Shown here piece after piece: positions 35,454 to 47,579 of a stretch of 51,586 nt of DNA (its first letter is position 1; each line of letters opens with the position of its first letter). This DNA is from Catajapyx aquilonaris. Lineage: Eukaryota. The notes beneath the pieces were generated by a model, which had not been told where the DNA came from, ran no database searches, and was given only the letters and a program-made list of their open reading frames with translations. Made by a program: the position numbers and the translations under genes. The stretch lies in the NCBI GenBank assembly GCA_000934665.2, contig JYFJ02002749.1, positions 1-51,586 of the forward strand, read 5' to 3'.

Positions 35454-38400
35454 TAAGTTGTAGTTGTGGTAGTTAAGTTTGCCTTACGAGAATTTAGTTA
35501 TTAGTATGTGATAATAATTGCTAGATTATGCAGTTATTAAAAGCATGTGGTAACCAGAATAAAATTGCCTCTCCTTATTATTTTACAACTACTTGAGTTT
35601 TAATCATATTAGCAGTTTCAGTGGCATTATGTGCAAATTTCTTATGCGAACAGGTTGCTAAACTGATGACGTAATGGTTATTTACATTGCATGCCTGACT
35701 TTCTTTAGTGGCCATGCATTGCAGAAAGGGATTTTTTGGAGGTAATTTCTTGCATGTGTAAGACAATGAATGAGATGAGCTTTAACAGATCCTAGCAGTG
35801 CATAAGGTTGTAACTAACTGGTAACTTTTATTATGAGAGTTTTGTAAAACTTCACTTCTCCTAGATATGAAAATTAATGTTGTAGATTTGTTCTGTACCT
35901 GTAATCTTAAATCTTAGAGAAATGTTGTTCAACATCAATAGCATTTAGATGGTTCCCATAGTGGACTATACGATTCACTACACTCTGGAATTAGGGTGTA
36001 ATGGACAATTGCACCTTTTCTAAACAGACTTCGAGCCCATAATATCATACAGGGTGTCTCTATGAATTGCCTAAGTGAGGAAATTAATATATCAGTGAAT
36101 TTTAATCAAACCTTTGGAATATAAATTGCTTAATTGAAGAAAGTAGAATATTGCTTTCATATAAAAATGGCTCCTGAGCATAGATTTATGGATGTAAAAT
36201 TGTGCCTAAAATAAATATATGGTTTAGTTAAAACTCTTGAAAGGGTAGTTATATATGAGATGTGTAGGAGCAAGTAATCTTAGTTGAATGGTTAGACACA
36301 ATTTTTCTGTGCTATGTAGTACCTAAAATACAAGCTTGCCATACAGTTGCTACAATCTTTTGTTATGTAATGAAATTTGTTTAACATTATTTTAAGGGCA
36401 TCTAAAGGATGTTTGCACAATATTTTCTATATTTTTTTAGTAGTGTCAGGATTCTAAACCAATCAACAGAGTTTTTTATTTTTTATTTTTACAACAGTGA
36501 CTTTCTGTGACAGTTACAGGGTTTGGAACTGTTATTATGTCGTACATTTTAAGCTTTACACACAATTGTAATTCTGATAGATGTTTTAAATTGGGGTTTA
36601 AATGCAATTATTTTCCATACCAGTGCCAAAACTGCCTGTTGGTCATTTAACTATAAATTTTTTACCAAGAATATATTTTTTCCCGTGATATCTTCCCATG
36701 TCGATCTTTCAGAAGTGTCCTGGGATTGGGAAGCACTGATTTATACTTCTCTAGGGCAGAAAATGTGATATTTAATAGGTGTTCGTTACAACCTTATTTT
36801 CTGCTATGGCTGAACATTAAACAGGTTATTCTCTGTCATATTGTCTATATGTGCTGGGCTATGGAGTTGAGAAGTTACGTAAATCAATAGTACTCGCACC
36901 CTAAGGTGTTAAAATTGCTCTCTTGAGTAACGACATCCTAAGTGCTTATTCACTCAATAAAGTAGGGTCATGTTGTGTCTTAACAGCTGTTCAATGGTGA
37001 GACCTGTAACATAATGTCGCAACGATTATGGAAGAAGTGGGTAAATTACATGTGACTTATTGTGAAACACATATATGCATGGTATAGTTCGTAAAAATAG
37101 CAGACATGTGTCATTAGAAGGATGCACATGAAAATGAAACTGAGTTACTATACACATCTTCAGGGATACCAGCATGGATGGTAGGAAATCTGTAGGACAA
37201 CCATTTTACTTTGCCCACAAAGATTTTTGGTGCTTGGGTGCTTCATTGTGGCAATTAGAAAATTGTTGGAATCTTGTGAATTAAGCAGTTCAGAGACTGT
37301 GTATTTTAGACTTGAGCTTACGTCCATATCGTTTGAAATGTTGCATACACCCATTAGTCCTGTTGGTGCCCTGAGGGTGGGAAAAAACGGGGGAAGGATA
37401 AAGATTGAGAAGAGAATGTGAGATCGGTTCTTCTGGCGCACTATGGTGGTTAATGAGTACCTGCTTGATGTAGGAGAATGTGATATTTCAACTGATGTGA
37501 GGGAAGTTTAATTTTTATAGATGGCATAAATGCTACAGAAAGCATGAATGACCTTCAATAATTTTCACTTCAATTTTTATGTCATTGGGAAATGAAAATT
37601 CTTATGCACTGAAACCTGTGTGTGTAATTTACCTTGGATTCAGTGTAACCTTGTCTGTTTGTAAGTTTAATTATTCTAATTGACACCAGCAATTGCACCT
37701 ATGCACAGAAAATGTTAGGAAGCATAGCAAAGGACTGCACCACCAACCATGTTGCAAGGGCTGGGAAACTTCACTTTGGACCTGCATATTTCAGCCTTTA
37801 GGAAACAAAAGAGCTTCAGAATGGGCGTGGTCAGGGTGACTAGAGTGGTAATACTTACTGGTCCTCTCACTTACCACACCACAAAAAAGGGCATGTCTGA
37901 TGTGATGTTGCACAACTTTACCAGAACTCGCTCAATAGTTGTGGTCCAGTATAGGTACCTTTGTGATTTCCTACACTCCATGCTAGCATTCCTTAAGTTG
38001 AAGCCATTTTATCCTACAGTATTTTTGTGCGTACAGCAGCTTGCCGATTTCCTCAAATCTCGCACAAGCACAAATCCCTCGAATTTCACCCATATCCTGA
38101 GAAACCCCAACATTCTTCTTTTTCCTCTGACCATCTCACTGTAAGTAAACCTTCTTCTTGGGAAATCCTGAATGGCTTAGTGCAATATATTTTCTGAAAG
38201 GTTTGTCAGTATTTCAACTGATCCCATTTTTAAGGCTGCATTGCACGTGGATTGGCAGTGACTTCTGTGATGCAAATGTAATGAAAAGGTGGTGAAACTG
38301 ACGTAAAACAGATGGTCCAAGTTAGAGTGGCACAGGTTGTGGAAAACCGGCTTAATACTGGCATGCTGCTCTATGCGCTATGATACACTACAACGTTTCC

Positions 38401-39319
38401 ATTTCCTAAAATGAGCATATCTTTCGCTAAATTTTGTGGAATAATTTGGAATGTGATGATGCTAACCCAATCACCACAGACAATCCACGTGATTAACACA
38501 CTGTGTGCATCCTTAAGGTGGGTTTGAAAGCTTGCAATGATCAGTGTATGCAAGCAAATTTCTCAGGGCAAAAAACCATGATAATTTTTTATTCCTTTCC
38601 TCTCCTTCTTATGTGTTCCCACCATCTCAAAACAAATTCGAAGGGCCTTTCAAGAAGTAGATGTGTGGTGATACTTGGTTTTTGCAACCTGAATTAGCTT
38701 CCAAACACTAATTTTGGCAACTTGCAAACCCGCCTTTAGAGACAAGTATCATACCTTTTGCCTTGATTCAGACGACAGTGTATTTTTCTGAATGAGTTGG
38801 AAAGCAGATGCTTTCAAGCCTTCTACAAAGCTTTCCGGAATTATTTTAAGACATGTTACAAAATGTACTTATTTTGAAATAAAGCAGTATTTTGTCACAG
38901 AACCATCACGTCTAGCAATTGCGATAAAGGCAACCCTTCAATTCCTATTATACCTTGGTACAATACAATACATATACTTTTAGGGCTACATGGACATGGG
39001 CATGTTTATACCCTTCCTATAACTCTGCCTTGCTAATGCCATCATTTTTAATGGCCAAAGCAGACGGAAAAAATTCTGCATCAATATATTTTTCGTATTT
39101 TTAGATTTATCATGTTTACCTCGCAGATTCATCAGATATTACTTTTTATGGATCTATACTACCTTGCAATAAATCCTTAGGCCATAGCTACGTCTCCCTG
39201 ACGATATACAACCATAAACTTAAATCCATGGTAGTGGCTGGAGAGGGGAGGAGGAACTGGAGTGCTGATGGTTGCCTATTGCCAGGATACGTTTGGCAAA
39301 GCAATGTTTGACAGGTATT

Positions 39320-39383
39320 GCCAAAGAGTTCTGCTACAGTATAATAAATGCTGTAATTATATATTACAGCAGAACTCTTTGGC
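39320..39383. repeat. 16-bp perfect inverted repeat/hairpin
   Basis: GCCAAAGAGTTCTGCT ... AGCAGAACTCTTTGGC, with an overlapping alternative hairpin TGCTGTAAT-tatat-ATTACAGCA. Confidence 0.7.
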
Positions 39384-41958
39384 TAATGCAATGAAGTAGA
39401 ATAACAACACTTGTGATAGTAAATATGGAGCTCACAATACATAGGTATATAATGCGCCACAGCATTAATGCTTGCTTTTTCAAAACGGCTAATTATAATT
39501 TAAGCATTGACAACTGAAAGCAACACAGGAATTATCTTTTATTACGTGGTTGTGAGTGCCAGAATCGGCAGCATGGATATGAGTAATGTAATTTTTATAA
39601 TGACAATGATAATGATAAACATGTAACCATAGATATATCACATCCTTCCATGCATTTGGCAATTTATTCCAAATTCGTCACCATGAGTGTGTCCCGAAAC
39701 GGGGATCCTGAAAATTGATGGTAAGAATCACCGCTTTTTTCCTTCAGACTTCCCTCACCATCTGTAACAGCATTATGGTTTAGTCTGTAATAGTGTTGTA
39801 AATATACAGGCAGCATTGTGTGCTTAACAACAATTTATTGCAACTTGTCTCATTGTCCCAAGCATTGTCCAGTTTTGAGCATTTTTATGCGGCTAGTCTG
39901 CTGCAGTGTAATAATCCAGGTTTATCGCAGGTCATACTGGTTTGACCCCGTTCTGCTCGTTTAAATAATTAATTCCCAACGCCGCACTCTCATTCGCCAT
40001 GGAAGTAACCTGCACACGTACTCCGCCCAGACAACCGATTTTTGTTTCATTTTCCTATCGCTCTGCTGGCCAGTATTATATCGAAGTTTCCTTCCCATAT
40101 GTTAGGTAACAATCTACCCCCATGTCGGGACGGAAACGTCATATCGCACGCGTATTATGTAACAATACGGATCGTCCCTCAGACGCCTTCCCTGGCAACA
40201 TGGGCGTCGCCTTTAGTCTGGATCGATGCCCCACTTTGTAGGCTCTATAGCTACTAAAACTCTACTATTTCCCCTTGTGATCTCTAATATTTGGATTCCA
40301 CGGTTCTTTTTGTATATTTTTCCGTGTCCTCGTCCCAGAGCATGCGACTCGTAAAAAAACACGAAACCTCTCAGGTTAATTGTTGCCGACTTTTTTTCCT
40401 GAATGGCACAAGACTGCAGTCGCTTAAAATTATTGTGGCGCACTGCCGGCTGCTTTAAGCGATATTCTGGTCTGAATCTGCCAAAATCCGGTTGTACAAA
40501 ATGCCAAATTACGAGCCTATTGTGTCAACACAATTAATAATACTAATATCAGAGTGTGCACTCTATTCCATTTTGTTCAATTCATTTTCTATCGAATTTT
40601 CCTTGACGTTTTAGTTGAACCTGGAAAATATTGCGTAGCAGCCTAATACTGTGGGGTATTTAAAGATTCCAATCTGATAAGAGTAGAAGGCAAATATGCG
40701 CGTCGTGTTATCCCGAGATTAATTTGCAGAGCCTTTTATCTCCAGTGCAATCTTTGCATAACAGGTGAAAAGTGGGAAGTGGGTTTGTCTTCAAGGGTGT
40801 TACTTTACAGCCTTTCCTCCACGGTCTGCAAAGCAGCAGCCATGAAATTTAAAAAAAAGGTACGAGAGTTTAGCAAGATAGGCGTCGGGGCCTGATTCTT
40901 TCCATGGTGACGAAGCACCCCTCCTCCTCTTATAGATTACTAGGCTGGGAGTAGAGAGGTTTGGGTGTGGGTGGGTGGGTAGGGGGGGCTAGACTCGAGT
41001 GCTACTAGAGTCGGCCCAAAATCGACCCACAGTGTTGGTTCAAACTGTGGACGGTCGAGGTGGTCAGCTCGAACCTGCATTACAGTACATGTGGTTTTTA
41101 TTACGAGGAGACCGCAGCGGGTTGCGCAGTGTCTGGGCGTAAAAAGGTGAGTTGGATTGCCTGCAGGACAGGATTTTTAAAAAATTGCGTTCAACAAGAA
41201 CAGTTAGAAATATGTATTGGAGAAAAAAACAAAGCGGCAGGCTTTCGAGAACTGATTAATACTTAACGATCAATTCCAGGAGGAGTGCTAATGACGGAAC
41301 GCATTGATTGATCACAGTTTTTCGTGGAATCTTTCGTTTGTTGTGATGTTATGCGGTGCTCCCTGAATGTCTCCGGTTTTATTTTTAGGAGGACAGGATT
41401 TCGTGTGACTGTAATAACTGCACGATTTGCTTGGGTGCATTATGCACGTATAGGCTCCTTGTAGGCTAAATGACTCACGCAATCAGAATACCTTTTCCAA
41501 TGATAGAATGCTGTAACCATTGACAGGCATCAATATTGAGGCGCCAGTTCCAACTTCCAAATTGAGCAAAAATTAAAGGTTGACTCCTCATAACTTTTAG
41601 TTTGGATTAGACACGATTGTAGAAGATTACGGGTTGGCACGTTTCGCAGGAGGTTACTGGTTGGTCCCTCAATTCTGGGGCTTGTACTACCGGCATTTCC
41701 GTTGTGAGCGGACGCTGTCGAACATTCAGTTCTCAGATGAAGGATGTAGGATAATTATTATCATTCCTGCAATGGGAGCATATCAGGCGGAGCAGCCATG
41801 CTCCAAGTGAGTAGGCAAAAATTATGCAGGTCGATAATTTTGTCTATTTTTTTGGGGTGAACCCTAACGTGCGTATTGATCACAATGTTGAATCGATGTT
41901 GGTCAAGCTTGCTGTAGATATTGTAGTGGGGGGGCGACCATAAGGTAACGCATGAGGA

Positions 41959-42049
41959 TATAAATGGGATAGCAGTCAGCGGCGGATCACAAAAATCAAT
42001 CGCGTGTCCCGAAAATGGCAAAGAATGGCATCTAAATAAATTGAATAAT
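41959..42049 (+). promoter_or_regulatory. Putative TATA promoter and non-coding first exon of the calcyphosin-like gene
   Basis: TATAAA at 41959-41964, Inr-like TCAAT ~41996, donor gtgagt at 42050, acceptor tcttttcag ending at 42182 upstream of ATG 42318. Confidence 0.5.
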
Positions 42050-42317
42050 GTGAGTGTGCCGTCGATGTCAATACCGCCAGGAGCGTGGTTTCACGGTCTA
42101 TAATTATTTGTAAAATACATTTTTATGGAAAGCAGCCTTTAGTGATCGTTTCCATATGGTAACACATATTCATTCTTTTCAGAGTCTGCCTTTTATCGGC
42201 ACTGCATTGCCTTTTACGGGCATTACAGTCTCCACCCATTTTTATCCATTAAAAAATTAGAAGTAAATTGAATTAGCGACAAAAAAATTCACCGCCCACC
42301 ATAACTGGCTGGCCAAA

Positions 42318-43433
<1,116 letters not shown>

Positions 43434-43944
43434 AGGTAGACCAGATCCGTCTCTTCAAGAAGTCAGATCCGTCTACAGAGAACCCTCCTTTGATGTAACC
43501 TGCTCTCCCCTACCTCCCAAAGCAAATGATAAAAAAATAAGCTGTCAATAATATATACATACTAAAATATTGCAGCATCGAACATCACTGAAAGGAGCCT
43601 ACATACTCGACAAGTGCCAGGATTGAAAGCGATTTAATGCATGCCTTATTGAGAGTGATACAATAAATGAGTTTTAGGCTCTGTGATCATAAGTGACTAA
43701 TAAATAGGCCATCCATTCATTCCGTATTTCATTTTATCTCATACGTCACATACCTGCGTCACATTTTCATCATTCGCAAGCACATGGTCACACTCATTTT
43801 TTGAAGTCACACACACCGGAAAAAAATGCATGCTGCGCACTGCCATGTATCTTCACAAATTCTGTAAAGTCACAGATTTAATCCCAGAGGCAGTATTATT
43901 CCTGCACGTGTCTCAGTATACAATCAGACCAAGATCAGACGGAT

Positions 43945-44880
43945 TTATTTTTCCTGTAGAGGACACAGAGCTGGAGTTTTCTTGTATTCCATGGCGAGTA
44001 CTCGGAAGGCGTCCTTTAGGTGAGTAGTTGAAATGACATCTGGGCATCGTTGGTAGAGTTCCATTTGGTAAGTGCAAGGATTCAATTTTTTTGGTTTCGG
44101 AGGATTATCCGTGTTCATCAGGTAGCACGTAACTCTGGTCACGCAAGGGACGATGTCACCGCTGCTCCAAGCCTGAAGGAAGAATTAATACTGCAGTTTA
44201 ATCTGTCGCATAATACCCTTATGTTACGGAGCCTTTCATTTAAAAATTACTCATGCAACGAACTTTCGCTTACAGCTACAGTCACGCGTGCAATTGTATA
44301 CGTTCATGAGAAAATAATGTCGCCGAGGCTATTTTTTTTGTTACATGATAGTCGTTGAATGAGCGACTTCAGCGACCTGTTCTGATATTGCCATTTTTTG
44401 CTGGGTACATATGTTTATGATGGTGGCCTCCATACTCTATTGTAAGGTCCAAATGACATCACCTTTGCCATCATTGTTAGCTTAGCAATGTCAATCATCG
44501 TGATGCCAATAGGACCTTCAAAGAATCATGGCATGTACGAGCGTATGTAAATACAAAGCGAATGTGCTTACCTTATTGATCATCAAAAAGGCAGCGATGA
44601 CGCCTTGATGTGCTCCTGGCAGAAGAACTTTTGAATGAATGTCACGCAATTCCAAGTAGTGTTTTGTGATTTCCAGATACACGGAGGCGGAGTCAAAGCC
44701 GCATATCATATCATCTTTTCCGACCCCTTCAGACTGACGAAGTGTCAAGCACGACACCTATTAAAATGATCGAAAACACACTCATTCCATATGCAACAAG
44801 TCAAGCAGGTATGAGAAAAAATGTAATTTGCTTACCTGATGAAGGAACCATATGAATGCTAAGGTGCAGATCGCTTTCAT
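43945..44880 (-). CDS. Candidate small secreted Cys-containing protein (~152 aa), 3 coding exons, unknown family
   Basis: Minus-strand exons 44880-44836 (donor CAG|gtaagc), 44757-44572 (acceptor ttttaatag, donor AAG|gtaagc) and 44172-43945 (acceptor ttcttccttcag), all phase 0 and stop-free. Signal-peptide-like N-terminus MKAICTLAFIWFLHQVSC; 5'UTR intron 45017-44949 (gtgagt...ctacag); AATAAA overlaps the stop. Confidence 0.6.
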
Positions 44881-47161
44881 CGTCAAAATCCAACTAAGTC
44901 TGGTTTACAGGCTGGAGTTTCCTTTATACTCTTAAAATCGGGTCTTCCCTGTAGCTGCGGGGGAAACAGGGGTGTCCGAACCTTGCATATTTACATATAA
45001 ACTGTAAGAACACTCACAGCTGACCACACGTACATTGCGATCGTGTTGACAAAAGTATTGCCAAATCTGGGCCATTTGATGGGCTATTTTTTTAAATGAT
45101 TTTCTTGCACATAATTATGACCGCAGTGTTTTACCTTCTTGAATGTCCAAGTTGGTCATCCCTGACGGAAAAACACGGAAAAAACATTTCGAGGGTAAAA
45201 TGTGGCACAGGGAGATTGGCGGGGTCTGGATCGAGGGCAAGGAGAAAACGCATCTTTTCTTCCCTTTTTACTGGGGAAAGGATATAACCCACGTGCCCTT
45301 TACCACGCTTAATGACTCGCATCACGGGCCAGTTTAGCTTTCTTTCGCTCATATGTTACAAATTAAACCTTGTTGATCATTAACATTAACTCCACATACC
45401 AGCACTTGCTTCGCGCATCTGGGGAGGTAATATGTGATTATGATACTGGCTCATGCGCTTCATCAGTTATTAGATAACGGCAGTACCATAAAGTAGAACT
45501 GGGATAACGATTATAGCTGTTCCAATTTTTTATTGCTAGTAAAATTCAGCAAAAATCATTAGTTGCAAACCAATTTCTCACTGATGGATTCCATTTTATC
45601 ACACACTAAGCATTTTTGAATGTTTCGTGCAATATTACTTGTACATCGTGGTATTTTGGTTAGGACTTACTTTAAGTAGTTTCTGCCATTATGGAACAAT
45701 ATACTTATGAGATATTATACCCGTGGGGTTCCTCTGTCGTGACAATGTTACATTAATTTTTTTTAATGTCAGTTTCATATTCGTTATGCTTGGAAATATC
45801 ATTTCCGTGACGCCCTTCTTCACTAAGAGACTATTACAGTATTACCTAAAATATACCTTTAGAATTACGTAGCATCATAATTTAGTATTACGTTGTTCTG
45901 AGTGGTGATGGTGTATTGGTGTGAGTCAGTGGCACTGGAACAATGTCATATGGTGCATTTTCGTTAATCTCAAGCTCTGCAGAAGAATTGATTGGACTGT
46001 CACAGGTAAGTAACGGAAATGTTTCGTACGACCAGATTATCTTTTCTGGGCAGTTACTTGGCATTGACAAAGTTTTTGCCATTTACTAGTAGAAAATTAC
46101 GATAATGAAGGAAGAATAGGGTCACGGAGATCTTCTCCTAACTCCTCATTATATTTTTTATATACACCAACACCACGCCTCAGATTACTCCGTTATCATG
46201 AAAATGTCAAACAATATAGGTTTACGAGCAGAATGTATGAGACAAATGGCGCAGAAAAGTAGAGCGATAGTACTTTGCATATTTATATAGTATTAACTAA
46301 CGTGGGCCTATCCTAATATCAGCACCAAGAAAATATCTCTCGAAAATATCAGTTGCCAAGTTAAGTACGATAATAAAAGTCTATTCTGTACCTCTTGCTA
46401 CAAACACTTCACAGGCGACCTTTTTGTTACTCTTCGGAAGTAATGAACAGCCCCTGTCTGGCACGTGTGATTCATATAATGCATTTCTAATGGTTGTTGG
46501 TTGCTGATAAGAGTCACTACCGTACTCGTCACGGGAAGGTTTGAATGGTTTGAATCATGTGACCGATGGAAGTGTCAGTGGCATCAAACTTAAATCACAG
46601 TAGACGGGGTGTGACATTACAACTAAAACTTGCGGGATATTATCAGGATCAAGATTAGGCACACTATTATTTTACTCAAAGCAGAATGGGCACAATTTGA
46701 AAATGGATCATTTCATTGGGCATCACAATCAATTTCAATTATAGTCAACTTCAATCCGTCACGATGCAATTGAAAATAATTCTATTCGGTTTCCATTCTT
46801 CCTCCTTCAATTCAATTTTCCATTCATTTTCCATTCATAACGATTCAATTTACTTCCCGTTCATTTTCATTCACGTCCAGCCTTCATTGAATCAGCTATT
46901 GAATTGAATTATTTTAAAATCAACGCAATTGTGCAATATACGAATTGTTTCAATTCCTATAATTCACTGATTCAAAGCTGCAAAAGTCCCACACTTGACA
47001 AGTACTCAAGGTACCAGATTCATGCAACTCATCATAACTTGAAATATTTAGCTAATGGTTAAATGAAATATCTGCAACTGACACAATTTACTGTATTAAT
47101 CTGTATAAATGACTTCAAATGCGGAAAATCTTAGTTTTAATACGCGGTGTGGATGGTAAAC

Positions 47162-47175
47162 GCACCATCTGGCGG
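47162..47175 (-). promoter_or_regulatory. CTCF-like motif (CCGCCAGATGGTGC) at the Spt5 promoter
   Basis: Resembles the CCRSYAGRKGGCRS consensus; lies in a CpG-rich region upstream of candidate 5'UTR donors (gtgagt ~47298, gtaagt ~47386). Confidence 0.35.
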
Positions 47176-47579
47176 GAGAATCAGGAAATAACGATGCTTC
47201 GGCCATGTTGATGGAATAGATTGTCGCTCTTCCCGCTGACTTCTGGAGGTTCCGCGTACGTTCTATTTCCGTTCATTTCCCACTGATTGGTGTGTCGGTG
47301 AGTACCGCAGCGAGGCCTCCAGACAGTGTGTTCGACCGGGACAACAGAGGCGGCCTGGAAATTGTTGGCACCAAAGGACTGACGTGTAAGTAAGCGTACA
47401 GTACATTACGCAGAGTTGTGCAAAACACAGGCGATGGTAGTGAGGGTTTCTGAATATAATTTATTACTCTGTGTGCATGTACTTCACCTTTTGCACATTT
47501 TGCGGCTGACATGTACTGATGGATGATGCATTTCCCAGGGACTTCAGCTGCAGTTGAGTGTGTTCGTTGAGGTGGAGCC

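Noticed and set aside
37160..38170. ORFs and splice-like sites between DFFB and calcyphosin
   Set aside because: Individual donors and acceptors exist, but there is no coherent reading frame or homology.
44463..44515. Extra exon candidate in the secreted-protein gene
   Set aside because: Only its phase-1 frame is open, while the upstream exon ends in phase 0; inclusion gives an early stop.
46716..46970. TTCAA/TTCAT-rich low-complexity tract
   Set aside because: Degenerate simple repeat or TE debris without regular periodicity or defined ends.
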